64,000 bases of DNA, taken from contig CM119377.1 in NCBI GenBank assembly GCA_051294905.1, forward strand, positions 2,914,001-2,978,000, in the 5' to 3' direction. Made by a program: the position numbers and the translations under genes. Each line of letters opens with the position of its first letter. The stretch's first letter is position 1. The DNA is from Botryllus schlosseri (Eukaryota). This document shows, one piece after another, positions 48,701 to 55,800 of the stretch. The notes beneath the pieces are model-generated. The model searched no databases. It was not told where the DNA came from and was given only the letters and a program-made list of their open reading frames with translations.

Positions 48701-51652
48701 CTTAAGTTTCTATCCCAACTGGAGACTTTGAAATAAAAGATGCACTGTAAATCATCAAATGACCATTGAAGGTTTGAATATGTTGCAGCATTGACTGGAA
48801 ACATTGATATTGTCCTTACAAAATATGTTGCTAAATGCCAACACATTACCTGTTCTTTCCGCAGGTGTAGCCTCTTTGTTTGAAGATGCCTTTTTATCAT
48901 GATTACCTGAAACAAACAGGGATGACCTATATATTCGACACCTTTGCTAGCATGGTAAATCTGAGGTGTTAGTGGCTCCACAATACCATAGTAACAAACG
49001 CATTGTACTTGTGACTTTCAAGTACATGTTGCGTATTTGAGCTCAAAAATATATGCGAAATAAAACAATACCATGCATGTTAGCTGCGGATGGAGCCACT
49101 GTATAACCATATCTTTTTGCCATCATTTATATGCTGTCTTTAGTCAGCTCACACCATTAACACACACTTTGAAGCTAGCAATTATACTGGTACTATATTA
49201 ACGAGTTAGCTTGTCCCTTGATAATACCAAGGTCTAGACTAGAGGTATCCTGTAAGTGTTTTAAACTTGAATTTGGATATGCTAGCATAATTTACTCATG
49301 TGGTAAAGCATCTAGATCCACGTAATTGCCCATACAATACCAAGGTCTAGACTAGAGGTATCCTGTAAGTGTTTTAAACTTGAATTTGGATATGCTAGCA
49401 CCTAGCATAATTTACTCATGTGGTAAAGCATCTAGATCCACGTAATTGCCCATAACACAGTGAAATCGTGCCCAGAATAAATGACAGTATACTCCTAAAT
49501 AATACTTTTCATATCTTAATACATAGTTGCAGCAAACAGTAACGTAATCAGAATCAATAGACCAACAGACAGTGATGTATAGTAGCCTATCATTGTATCA
49601 ACACACTATCTGGGTGTTGGCTGAACTATACTACTATACCATAGTATTAAGGAGACTATGGTCGCTACCATGGCTATTCACTAATATTGAACAAAATTCC
49701 ATAAATTCTAATCAATACATACCAGATTGGTTCTTTTCTTGCATAGAGCGGGGAATGGTGTCTGGATTTGCTTTTGATTTACAACCTCCACTTTCTATTT
49801 TCGTAACAGACATATACACCAAAAGTACATTGGTTATGTGACATAGGGTACAGATAGAAAATTCATACACTTACTCTTTTGACCAGTCTTCATTCCATCT
49901 CCGAAAGCCTGCTTTTGTACTATGAATGAAAGGTATTAATTAACAAAATGTCTGTTTTCACCAAGACAGTCAAAAATAATGTAATGGACAAATTATGTCA
50001 GCATTATGTAAGTAATCGAATTGAAATGCGTAACCATGGTTATGCACTTCAATTTCCTTACTTACATATTGCTGACATAATTCTGAAATTCAGTATCCGT
50101 ACCTATACTAGACAATGTTAGTTCAATTCACATAAATAGCAGAGTATATCACAGCGACCTGTTCATTACAGCCAGCTGCCTATGGTGGCTTACTGCACAG
50201 CAAGGAGTCAGTTATAAAACCAACAGTACCAGAGTATTATATTATCAACTCGAAGATACACCAGAAACCAGAACATTATCAAAATGAGTCATAGTCACTC
50301 CTACTGGGATACTTCAGGTTTACTATCAAAGTTCCAGGAAATTCTAAATATTAGTACAGCAGCGTGTACAATATGTATAATATATAAAACAGTTTGACAA
50401 TGTCTCAAGTAATATGAATATCATCATTCTCATCAAAACATACAGGTATATATAAATTATATACCTGATTTACCATAGCTGATTCACTTTTTGAACAATC
50501 TAGGCCTCTGGTCTGTTGTAGAGTTGAACAGGAAGATACACTTTCTACCAAGTTCATGACAACGGTTTGTGATGATGCAACATTACCAAAGCTTATTGAT
50601 ATTATTTGACGATGTAATATGAAGAAAGTTCAATCATTCTCTCTTGTCTCTATTATCAAAATTATGATAGTTTGATGTTAAAATCAGCTGATAAGTCAGC
50701 CAAACAAGATTTTGTTGTTAGAGCAGCAATGTAACAAATTGTCACATGGAAATTAGCATTGCAAACTTGGTAAAAACACACCAAAATTTTTAATGGCGGT
50801 CTAAAAATAATTAATTTTCTTGTAACTTATTTTCTGTACATCTTCAAAACAAAGTTCTACGGAAGAGCGATAGAGACATGTTGCTTCCACAGATTTTAAG
50901 CCAAAAAGTGGCTTTGTAGCATAAGCGCTTATCTAGATATGGCAAAATCCCTTCGGTGAGGGTGAGAGGGTGCAAGAACCTGAAATCATGACAGAAGTAA
51001 TTCAGTTGAGATTTGGGACCAAATGTCAATGGCAGTTTTTGAAATTCAAATTTTTTCACTCAACCCTAATAACCAGACAAGATAGCGCAATGGTAGGGCG
51101 TCCGGCTTCTTGATCGGTAGGTCGCAAGTTCAATCCCCGGCCGGGTCAGACCAAAGACCTGATCAATAAAACTGGTATGTGTGGCTTTGGCGCTCAGAGG
51201 GGCAGTGCAAGAATTAGAAAGCCTTACAAGGCTTATATCTGCACCTTTCTTGTCCAGCAGCATATGCACGTCATGCACTCAAGGTACCCATGAACCAAAC
51301 ACTGTCGAAGCATATATAGGCTACCTTATTGTTTTATCCTGGGCAAAAAGTCAACAGGTGTTTTCAATAATAATAACAGGTTAGCATACAATGTCAGCAT
51401 GAATAGCCAGCAGACCACAAAGGCTTATGTGACTTGCTTGCTAACTTTGCCAGCATTGTAAGATGTATCTACCAAACACTGATCACCCAATGCAGTACAT
51501 TTTTGTCACCTGATGGCTTTGCAGGATCATTATTGGAAGCGCCGCCGGCAGGTCCTAAATATGAATAACTCTAGTTACTGGAATAACTTGACAGAAACAC
51601 GTTACTATCTAACTTGAGGTAGGTCTTTTTCGTGGTTTTCTTCTACTCTGAC
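561..51652 (-). CDS. PARP14-like: Multi-exon PARP14-like locus (micro-exon N-terminus, RRMs, expanded KH array, macrodomain); 3' end lies outside the window; may be more than one tandem paralog
   Basis: About 40 minus-strand exons with GT-AG ends, many phase-compatible. The translations resemble PARP14 RRM, KH and macro regions (see individual exons). The catalytic domain was not seen. Confidence 0.8.
1487..2528. mobile_element. Non-autonomous TIR element with subterminal GGCCGAGTTCACC arrays, CCCTAA-rich core and PHD-finger ORF
   Basis: 8-bp TSD TTGACGAC (1479-1486, 2529-2536); inverted ends; superfamily not assigned. Confidence 0.8.
1985..2212 (-). pseudogene. PHD-finger fragment inside the TIR element
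   Basis: CVLC…CDEC..WQH.AC…W..E.C; one Zn ligand appears lost. Confidence 0.65.
2870..3110 (-). mobile_element. Related tRNA-SINE subfamily copy
   Basis: Reverse complement matches 51073-51295; a 3' part is also at about 21400-21570 (+). Confidence 0.8.
3176..3278 (-). CDS. Macrodomain N-terminal exon (KSIGSVTYEIKEGDITKEDVDVIVNTTN)
   Basis: 103 nt, phase 0-1, joins in frame to 561-791; GDIT..D.IVN signature. Confidence 0.9.
3880..5110 (+). mobile_element. Penelope-like retroelement, 5'-truncated and frameshifted (RT C-terminus + GIY-YIG + pLTR)
   Basis: AMGSPLGP, SFLDILV, YRK-like FRKLT, CHCDCGYVGR…RL…I.QH. Confidence 0.9.
5215..5405 (-). CDS. PARP14-type KH exon preceding the macrodomain
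   Basis: 191 nt, phase 1-0, cttttacAG / GTGTGT; KKYGVYKFL...EIEINCNCVVQI. Confidence 0.8.
6247..6445 (-). CDS. KH-like exon (ESARMSLEHE...IEISGKEGKVDE)
   Basis: 199 nt, phase 0-1, gtcaacAG / GTAAAT; in frame with 5215-5405. Confidence 0.75.
6939..7086 (-). CDS. Probable KH-like exon (MRSAYTFVEMTYGNCEVVFNPQ); 3' boundary uncertain
   Basis: Resembles exon 24749-24865; phase 2 start fits 7910-8154; donor ambiguous. Confidence 0.4.
7219..7840. mobile_element. hAT MITE
   Basis: CAGTGGTTC termini; TSD CTCTAATC/TTCTAATC. Confidence 0.8.
7910..8154 (-). CDS. PARP14-type 'W..DC' KH exon (TESTNEWEEDCRVKIEQYF...)
   Basis: Open frame, ctcttcAG acceptor; paralogous to 12213-12458, 16016-16228 and 42793-43020. 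Confidence 0.75.
8170..8500 (-). pseudogene. Degenerate RRM-like and linker exons
   Basis: PHTGENLKNLYIQ...FILF is RRM-like; VFGMMLKKVLTLIAEDRL* parallels exon 45823-46040 but has TGA at 8210-8212. Confidence 0.35.
8520..9319. mobile_element. hAT-like non-autonomous element
   Basis: Ends in CAAAAACTTGCCCTA, the same end as at 44930. Confidence 0.65.
9700..10150 (-). pseudogene. Degenerate macrodomain C-terminus followed by RRM-like start
   Basis: SIPKLITVSMAGL...TLKEICVL, then RRCISVYNLP in another frame; frameshifts needed to join them. Confidence 0.4.
10406..10512 (-). pseudogene. Frameshifted KH-like exon
   Basis: 107 nt between AG and GTAAAA; AIHFMQDLTGFQVMKVK shifts frame to ITFFGLLELQQDIKMPYK. 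Confidence 0.4.
10618..10794 (-). CDS. KH-like exon (HKKKSVTMRYQCDIPEIAAFI...)
   Basis: 177 nt, phase 0-0; paralog of the exon starting at 15018. Confidence 0.7.
11121..11622. mobile_element. GACTC/GAGTC-array MITE (hAT-like)
   Basis: TIR C.GG.TTGTAA; TSD CTCGGCCT/CTCGGTCT. Confidence 0.8.
12213..12458 (-). CDS. PARP14-type 'W..DC' KH exon (VDSVEDWEADCNKAIKEIL...); may extend to about 12570
   Basis: 246 nt, phase 0-0, donor GTGAGC. Confidence 0.75.
12975..13935 (-). repeat. Unassigned dispersed repeat with internal 48-52-bp units (copies at about 25380-25760 +, 53590-53920 +, 62240-62940 -)
   Basis: Shared blocks cgctaattgac.gcac..ccggac and cttaaccctaat, plus the unit gat.cgat.gttcaggct. 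Confidence 0.7.
13990..14600 (-). mobile_element. Penelope 3' end with tandem pLTR remnant
   Basis: Reverse complement of 4900-5110 and 63650-63910. Confidence 0.8.
14252..14288 (-). ncRNA. Hammerhead motif, partly decayed helix I
   Basis: ccc-CTGACGA-gcgttgtc-CGAAAATATTC-ggc. Confidence 0.45.
14790..15018 (-). CDS. KH-like exon (NRKQSVAVQIACDKYLISFM...CNCIISV); donor uncertain
   Basis: ttcgttccAG acceptor, phase 0 matching 16016-16228. Confidence 0.6.
16016..16228 (-). CDS. PARP14-type KH exon (IEFWHSTVDAKLQRFF...)
   Basis: 213 nt, phase 0-0, tttgcAG / GTATGT. Confidence 0.8.
16435..16922. mobile_element. GACTC/GAGTC-array MITE
   Basis: TIR CAGGGTTGTAA…TTACAACCCTG. Confidence 0.8.
17439..18617 (+). 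CDS. Harbinger Myb/SANT-like (MADF) DNA-binding protein, 3 exons: 17439-17577, 17640-17802, 18095-18617 (274 aa)
   Basis: LISLVRQHVHLYD…W..I…KWDSLRQKY MADF motifs; GT-AG introns; BESS-like C-terminus; open when spliced. Confidence 0.9.
18722..19897 (-). CDS. Harbinger (HARBI1-family) DDE transposase, about 391 aa
   Basis: WVHP, YFRM, AIDGKHV, SDGGIF, VGDEAFP, VENAFG motifs; uninterrupted ORF. Confidence 0.95.
   Translation of the reverse strand: MILTPDQKQALAILCIRRRMKKKMQARSIWVHPILQRREQLGEYHRLVKEYELEREAHYFDYFRMKPQQFHYLIQLIGEDIAKLDTNWRKAVSVEERLAVTLRFLAHGDSFRTIAGSYRLGRSTVCNIVHETCTALWNNMRWTYMKTPSSASEWVEIAEKFEELWQFPNCVGAIDGKHVQMKCPANSGSLFYNYKGTYSVVLMAVVDAEYRIRFAQVGSYGRESDGGIFRDSPFGRALAANELQLPADREVEPGKPPLPYVFVGDEAFPLSYHLMRPYPGKYLAQPRYVYNKQLSRARHVVENAFGILVQRFRILLKPVPLKVENVDNMVKAICCLHNYLLKHSPNYTECSTDDIIPEDRSLDHYTGNSTTIAKNVRNAYTDYFNSHPIIH
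20816..21078 (-). CDS. Coding exon upstream of 16016-16228 (...PSVDLLDFVKRSERC...)
   Basis: 263 nt open frame, donor GTATGT, phase 0 end. Confidence 0.6.
21145..21795 (+). mobile_element. Two solo Penelope pLTR fragments (about 21145-21260 and 21690-21795)
   Basis: agttgc.gacgattaccc…atttcaa.atgaata. Confidence 0.7.
22113..22370 (-). mobile_element. 3' end of a LINE or LINE-related SINE (CR1/L2-like) with AATAAA(TTGA)n tail
   Basis: Copies at about 15290-15360(-), 53370-53470(+), 54040-54240(-) and 54525-54740(-, (TGA)n tail). Confidence 0.55.
22873..23050 (-). CDS. KH C-terminal half exon (NITIIGKRPRVENVRLDL)
   Basis: Donor GTGAGT; start phase not reconciled with neighbours. Confidence 0.5.
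23485..23586 (-). CDS. KH exon with GxxG loop (MIGKDGRNIKLMQ)
   Basis: 102 nt, attttcAG / GTATGG. Confidence 0.85.
24027..24131 (-). CDS. KH C-half exon (VTVTVERQIPALVIKG...)
   Basis: 105 nt, phase 0-0, ttcaccAG / GTATGT. Confidence 0.8.
24749..24865 (-). CDS. KH N-half exon (RRLRNEMQTISVPLTGSQ...)
   Basis: 117 nt, phase 0-0, in frame with 24027-24131. Confidence 0.75.
25010..25260 (-). CDS. Possible RRM-like exon
   Basis: EKLRYH...VGDVEISFVKFGSYYLVFR; splice sites unresolved. Confidence 0.35.
26270..26391 (-). CDS. KH C-half-like exon
   Basis: 122 nt, cttctcAG / GTAAGT; TVIRFAPHEKEDVKSAVALL. Confidence 0.65.
26565..26697. repeat. Inverted duplication of the PLE pLTR tail seen at 42061-42135
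   Basis: atattaggatcttggttgctttcacacc … ggtgtgaaagcaaccaagatcctaatat. Confidence 0.75.
26969..27082 (-). CDS. KH C-half exon (VSVMVPSANSDSCDVKVQGIKEGVRDAVEDIQKMI)
   Basis: 114 nt, phase 0-0, completes the KH begun at 27188-27292. Confidence 0.85.
27188..27292 (-). CDS. Canonical KH N-half (IPVKRQLHGCIIGTKGSNIKRLQ)
   Basis: 105 nt, intact GxxG loop, gttgcAG / GTAAAG. Confidence 0.9.
27752..27850 (-). CDS. KH array exon type E (…IVLTGHP…)
   Basis: 99 nt, phase 0-0, donor GTAAGT; same size as 30611-30709 and 36225-36323. Confidence 0.85.
28106..28207 (-). CDS. KH array exon type D (…KFPEME)
   Basis: 102 nt, phase 0-0; paralog of 37095-37190. Confidence 0.75.
28495..28760. mobile_element. Small TIR element with degenerate TTAGG(G) core
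   Basis: ccccatgaccatcacc … ggtgatggtcagggg. Confidence 0.55.
28823..28930 (-). CDS. KH array exon type C (RMEKENDVLI…VRG…DILNE)
   Basis: 108 nt, phase 0-0; paralog of 31521-31628. Confidence 0.8.
29006..29080 (-). CDS. KH array exon type B (ELKNSELFFTIPQHRLPRICTEFMK)
   Basis: 75 nt, phase 0-0, donor GTTTGT. Confidence 0.75.
29803..30009 (-). CDS. KH array exon type A (VKKNLH…KVFEWQNKF), degenerate GxxG
   Basis: 207 nt, phase 0-0; same size as 33440-33646. Confidence 0.85.
30114..30601 (+). repeat. About 190-bp direct duplication, period 297 bp
   Basis: 30114-30304 vs 30411-30601 near-identical. Confidence 0.95.
30611..30709 (-). CDS. KH array exon type E (…VILEGHP…)
   Basis: 99 nt, ttcgatAG / GTAAGA. 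Confidence 0.85.
31395..31497 (-). pseudogene. Type D exon copy with in-frame stop
   Basis: LQIDTGRSMLVVPNAGIRS*NSLETMSLPIPE; TAA at 31438-31440; sits at the expected position between the C and E exons. Confidence 0.45.
31521..31628 (-). CDS. KH array exon type C (RSEKDNNVQI…IKG…DILAE)
   Basis: 108 nt, gttttcAG / GTAAAC. Confidence 0.85.
32286..33070. mobile_element. GACTC/GAGTC-array MITE
   Basis: TSD AACGTAAA on both sides; fragments also near 190-290, 870-940, 2700-2770, 5700-5860 and 26100-26210. Confidence 0.85.
32401..32733. mobile_element. hAT MITE nested in a GACTC-type MITE
   Basis: TIR CAGTGGTTCC; TSD GTGTAGAG; same family as 43489-44669. Confidence 0.9.
33440..33646 (-). CDS. 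KH array exon type A, canonical KH (LHGALIGKNGSKVNEWQQKYG)
   Basis: 207 nt, intact GxxG, donor GTATGT. Confidence 0.9.
34017..34215 (-). pseudogene. Decayed type A KH exon copy
   Basis: ILGPLMYFYHVQDQICSFIK parallels ITGPVAYLQNAVFEIEGFLAQ; stops upstream. Confidence 0.35.
34489..35063. mobile_element. hAT MITE
   Basis: CAGTGGTTCCC termini; TSD CACTATGA/CAATATGA. Confidence 0.8.
35216..35428 (-). CDS. KH array exon type A (GERRICVKKPF…KVNDWQRRYG)
   Basis: 213 nt, cgttcAG / GTTAGT. Confidence 0.85.
36225..36323 (-). CDS. KH array exon type E (…ICIRGHP…)
   Basis: 99 nt, donor GTGAGT. Confidence 0.85.
36508..37002. mobile_element. hAT MITE
   Basis: CAGGGGTTCCCAAC termini; TSD CTCTAAAT. Confidence 0.85.
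37095..37190 (-). CDS. KH array exon type D (…KRSFPE)
   Basis: 96 nt, ctccgcAG / GTATGT. Confidence 0.8.
37675..38205 (+). mobile_element. Penelope fragment (GIY-YIG + pLTR)
   Basis: Colinear with 4610-5110. Confidence 0.85.
38350..38460 (-). CDS. KH array exon type C
   Basis: 111 nt, donor GTGAGT; paralog of 40032-40142. Confidence 0.8.
38522..38593 (-). CDS. KH array exon type B
   Basis: 72 nt, donor GTTTGT as in 29006-29080. Confidence 0.75.
38860..39420. mobile_element. MITE with long inverted arms
   Basis: aataatactggtcttaatcgaaagctagtgtc / gacactagctttcgattaggaccagtattatt plus outer agccggctaaaa.cagcata arms. Confidence 0.7.
40032..40142 (-). CDS. KH array exon type C (…LKLTGRRDDIKKAKLAINEQ)
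   Basis: 111 nt, phase 0-0. Confidence 0.85.
40205..40270 (-). CDS. KH array exon type B
   Basis: 66 nt, phase 0-0, donor GTAATA. Confidence 0.7.
41269..42395. mobile_element. hAT MITE containing a Penelope pLTR fragment
   Basis: CAGTGGTTYTCAAAC termini; TSD CCGTTGAA/CCATAGAA (6/8). Confidence 0.65.
42131..42167 (-). ncRNA. Minimal hammerhead ribozyme motif (second PLE family)
   Basis: ACAC-CTGATGA-A-GGAGC-GGC-GCTCC-GAA-AGCT-C-GTGT. Confidence 0.7.
42793..43020 (-). CDS. PARP14-type KH exon (AAGNWRKECERILDEFFSQF…)
   Basis: 228 nt, phase 0-0; resembles the PARP14 segment that follows RRM3. Confidence 0.8.
43309..44930. mobile_element. hAT-like non-autonomous element hosting nested inserts
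   Basis: TIR TAGGGCAAGTTTTTG; TSD ATTATTAT on both sides. Confidence 0.85.
43489..44669. mobile_element. hAT MITE nested in 43309-44930
   Basis: TIR CAGTGGTTCCCAAC; TSD GTCTAGCC. Confidence 0.9.
45298..45490 (-). CDS. RRM-like exon (LILLLANICDF); boundaries approximate
   Basis: Resembles the PARP14 RRM2 LILLVENISG segment. Confidence 0.45.
45823..46040 (-). CDS. PARP14-like post-RRM exon (IMKYISLRPEDLGRLELEMKKANANVNI…IKP)
   Basis: Donor GTAGGT, phase 0 into 42793-43020; 5' boundary uncertain. Confidence 0.7.
46296..47174 (-). mobile_element. hAT deletion derivative with transposase C-terminal remnant (46620-46856)
   Basis: TIR TAGGGCAATTTTT, TSD CCCATAGC; QPTNAAVERSISVL..L..KDR.F.PEN resembles the hAT dimerization region. 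Confidence 0.85.
47453..51652 (-). CDS. Seven symmetric phase 1-1 micro-exons: 51614-51652, 51510-51554, 49875-49919, 49723-49794, 48850-48906, 47788-47856, 47453-47491
   Basis: 39-72 nt, all multiples of 3, pyrimidine-AG acceptors and GT donors, all open in the same phase; K/S/N/G-rich. Confidence 0.6.
49221..49453 (+). repeat. About 113-bp tandem duplication
   Basis: aataccaaggtctagactagagg…cacgtaattgcccata present twice. Confidence 0.95.
51073..51295 (+). mobile_element. Related tRNA-SINE subfamily
   Basis: AGATAGCGCAATGG…GTTCAATCCCCGGCCGGGTCAGACCAAAGACC. Confidence 0.8.
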
Positions 51653-52669
51653 CTGTACAAAGAAGAGCAAGATTTCGGTTAATTCAAACATGTTTTAATT
51701 CTTCACTTAGTTGCATGCATTCATGACATCCTAACGTGCAGTACACTAGGTGACGTGGATTCAGAAAATAACTTGGATATCTAAAATATTACCAATGTGC
51801 GCTTTTACATTAACACATGTTACAGTCATAAGCTGTAAAACTTCCGTTTTCATAGTCTAGGCAAGGGTCACATTTCTGCCCTTAGATGAATAAATAACAT
51901 CATAACTCATAACATATCGCATAGATCCTGAATATGATCATAGTGCGGCGGTACACTAACACATTTCACATTCATACAAGTCTGCTTTCTTACTCTAGGT
52001 CAGTGCTGGACAAACTTTCTCGTCTGCAAACCACATTTACTTTTCTACTTAGTTTGGCAAGGTGCACAGCTTTAGAACAGGTCAGAAACTGAGTTATTCT
52101 CTTTTTATCGAGTACTCAAGAGGTCTGGTATACTTGCGCCACCAAATCGGGTAAATTTGTCGTGAGACTATTTCTACGTAAACGTTTGTGTGGTCAAACT
52201 AGATACCATTTGCCTGGGATATATGTATCAATTTATATCCCTGATTTTACATTTTAGATTTTGTCCATTAAGAAGTCCGAATTTATGAAGTCCAACTACT
52301 TACTTACATTGGAACATTTGGTTTTTGATTACGTATTAATTGAAACATGCAGTACTGCAACGCCTAAGGATCACTCAGAGGAGAAACAAGCAAAAGGTGG
52401 ATTATGATAGCATTTTGTCGAAGCTTAATGTCAGACAAAATTGATGATCAAAAATATTAAAAAAGGGTCAGAAATTTGCGGAACTCATAAATGAAGTCAA
52501 AGAACTCAAAAAGAGTGTTGAATTCAGAGGTGAAAAAGATCAAGAAATAAAAGAAAACTCGTTACCACTGGCAAAAAACTATTGGAAGTTAAATCTAAAA
52601 ATAAAGGCCCGGAGCTAATACTGTATGAACTTGAAACTAGGGCTGGAAAAAATCAAGCGGGGCCTACCT

Positions 52670-52870
52670 GAGTGATTCGATTCAGAATTAGGATTAGGGT
52701 TTTTAGGATCGGATCGAGAATCAGGATTAGGGTTTTTAGGATTGCATCGAGAATTAGGGTTACGTTCTTTAGGATTGGGGGTGCGGGTCATTAGGGCTTG
52801 GGGTGAGTGTCCTTAGGCCTTAGGGTTGGGGGTTCCAGTCATTAGGTTATGGGTTAGGGTTTTTATTTTG
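52670..52870 (+). repeat. Degenerate TTAGGG-rich tract
   Basis: attagggttt repeats; similar to 1690-1915 in reverse orientation. Confidence 0.7.
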
Positions 52871-55800
52871 AGCACATTGTATTTTTGTGCATGCAAACTG
52901 GCCGTAATGTGTATGCGACAGCAGGATCAGTTGCTACGTTCACCATAACATCAGTTTACGTGCACAAGAATCAAGTTCAAAATAAGGTCAGTTGCAATTT
53001 TCACAATAAGATCAGTCGTGTTCACAATAAGGGAAATAGTGGGAAAAGGAGAGGACGTAGACCCCCCCCCCCCCTAATACCCCCCCCCCCCTTATCCGTA
53101 ACATCTGTCTACTTGAAACCGGCAATAGAGAAGCACATAGAGCAATTACCCAGTTTGACAAACATTGAAGAAGACTCGTCTAGACTAGTAATAACAGGAA
53201 TATTCCACCAACTAGAACTATAGAAAACTATACTCAAAAAACCAATATAGTTAGTTGACCGTCAGCAAACTAAATTGGTAGATTCACGTCCCAATAACGA
53301 CTACATAAAGTCTATCAATGAAACACACTATACTTGGCCTCCAGAATAACTTGCATACTGAATCAGAAATAAATGTCAGATCTCAAAGCCTACTCCAAGT
53401 CGTTTCGACACCCTCCTATCTTTTCATTATATCGCAGTTTTGTGGTGTTTTGAAATGGTAAAAATATTAAAAGGCCTAAACTGATACTGATGAAGAAGCA
53501 TGCTGAGCGAAATTGTCAAAAAAACGAGCTCGATACCAACCGGCCGGCTTTTGCTGTGGGTTGTTTGATGAATCCATCCTACCATAGATCGCCCACCGTT
53601 AGGCTAGCTCCCGGGACAGGCCTTAATCGGTGTGAACCATGCAATTTGGGATCACGTTGCAGACGCTGATTGCAGTCACGCGATCTCAGATCCAGAGGCG
53701 AATCATGCCTTTGTTCCGCTGCAGATTTGCTCTGCGAGGCTAGTGTCGATACCGGGGAATCCCTGGATCGAGTCAACGGACCTGATCAGCGTTGCCAACT
53801 CCGGATGGACCAAAATCGCTAAAACTGATGTTGGTGATCGCTTCATGTCACTAAATCTTGAAACGAAATCGCTAAGAATAGTCGCTAAATTTGCAATAAT
53901 TCCTAACACTTCGTAAACAAGAATATCTTGTCCGCTCTATTTTAATCGACGGTCTCAAATGCCTCTAGTTCATAATAGTGAAATAAATATCGTCATCGTC
54001 ATTGGTTCATTAGCAATTTTTACCAGTTCAATACATCACAAAAATGCGATACAATGAAAGGATAGGAAGGTGTCGAAGCGATTTGGAGTAGTCTATGGAA
54101 TCAGACACCCACCTTGGCCTGTAAAGAGGAGGCATGCAAACTGAATGAAATGTAAAAGAAGATAGTATAGAAAAAGCAAGCGACAAAAATGGGGTGGCAT
54201 GTCATGGAAGGCGAGATCAATAGGTCAGGTCGTGATCCGGTACAGGGCCGTAACTGCCTCACCCCAAACCCCCCAATTGGGGGGCCCCAATTTTTTTGGT
54301 GAATTAGCATAAATTATAGAGTGTTTTTTGAAACTTTATATGCGACTTTTTCAATAAATTTTCGCGCTGCGCGCAATTTTCGTGTTGCCAAATGTTATGA
54401 TTATTGGGTACTCTTCCCCCAAGGAAAAATACGCAAGATTTATAGAAATGGGCATATCGGCGTTGGCCAATACCGCGCCACGACGCACCAAGACATATAC
54501 AGTTTAAGGCCATGTAACACGCGACTCCAAGAAATCATCATCATCATCATCATTGGTTTACACCACAAAAAAATGCGATACAATGAAAAGATGTCGAAGC
54601 GACAAGGAGTAGTCTATGGAATCTGACACCCACCTTGGCCTAGGCGATGTAAAGAGGAGGCATGCACACTGAATGAAAGTAAAGAAGATAGTATAGAAAA
54701 AGAATGCGACAAGAAATAGGGCGGCATGTCATGGGAAGCGAGATCGACATGAGAACAGTGCTTAAAACATACTTGCTCTACTGGGCTGAACAACTACCCC
54801 TTAAAATGCGACGGCATAGAATAGGGGGTTTAACCCACGTGAAGTCCCTGTTATCAATCGTTCTCTATGAGTCGCCAGTTTCCTTTGCAACCGACATGGG
54901 AGTTCACAAGGGACAGGTGACGAAGTTGTTAATGACCCAGCCATACAGATAATAATGAATTGACGTTTGCCGCGTTTCTTGGCGGTGAAACAACCGAAAC
55001 TAGAAGTAGAACTAGCTACACTACAACTGGTTACGGGTCGGTGGATGCTGCAATTTTATTTAGCGTCGAGTGCGGAAGCCCCACTGACGCCACCGGGACC
55101 AAGGAAGTCCCGTCTTCTCGGAATAATTTAGCGCCCAAGGTATAGGATGTTCGGTGACGCTAGTCTCAATCGGGGGAAGTTTGTCGCCCCCGAACCCCTT
55201 CATGCTTAGCGAGGAAATTCCGTTAGCATTAATCAGGACACAGGTGTATGGAAGGATCCTGACAGAAAAAACGGCCGACGCATTCGCCACGAAGGATATG
55301 TGGGAATCGTTTCCGACGACGGCCCTATGGTCGCAGCAGTCGTGCCACTTACCGAGAAAGCCACTTTGAATGCAGCTGTCGCATCCACACTGAAACTAAA
55401 TAGTATGGATGGCGAGGAGTCTGGAGGCGATATGCAAGCCTCTCCAGAACAAGGGCCCCCGACGACAAAGGTAGTCGCCGGCGTGATGATAGATGCGGGC
55501 ACGCACCTACTTCAGAGGCAGAAACAGTCGGGCGTGGAAGCCCCATTGACTAAAGGTAACCTCGCCCTCTCTCCATCGACGTCAGAGTTATACGTCAAGG
55601 CCCAACCAGGCCAACTCGCGGTCCGATAACCACGTATGAACTGTATGATGGGACCAACGTAGAGTCGAATAGTGCTCTGTGACGATTGAAGGACTCACAA
55701 GTACGTGATAATCTTCAATTTCAGATCTTGTAGGCCTATCTATGATCGGGAATGTAAATATAATGGGAATTACTGTAATATACGACCTAGCTCAAGAATT

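Noticed and set aside
48664-48981. 105-aa ORF as an RRM exon
   Set aside because: The splice signals define a 57-nt micro-exon (48850-48906) in another frame.
53488-53520. Hammerhead-like CTGATGA…GAAA
   Set aside because: No convincing helix I, II or III pairing.
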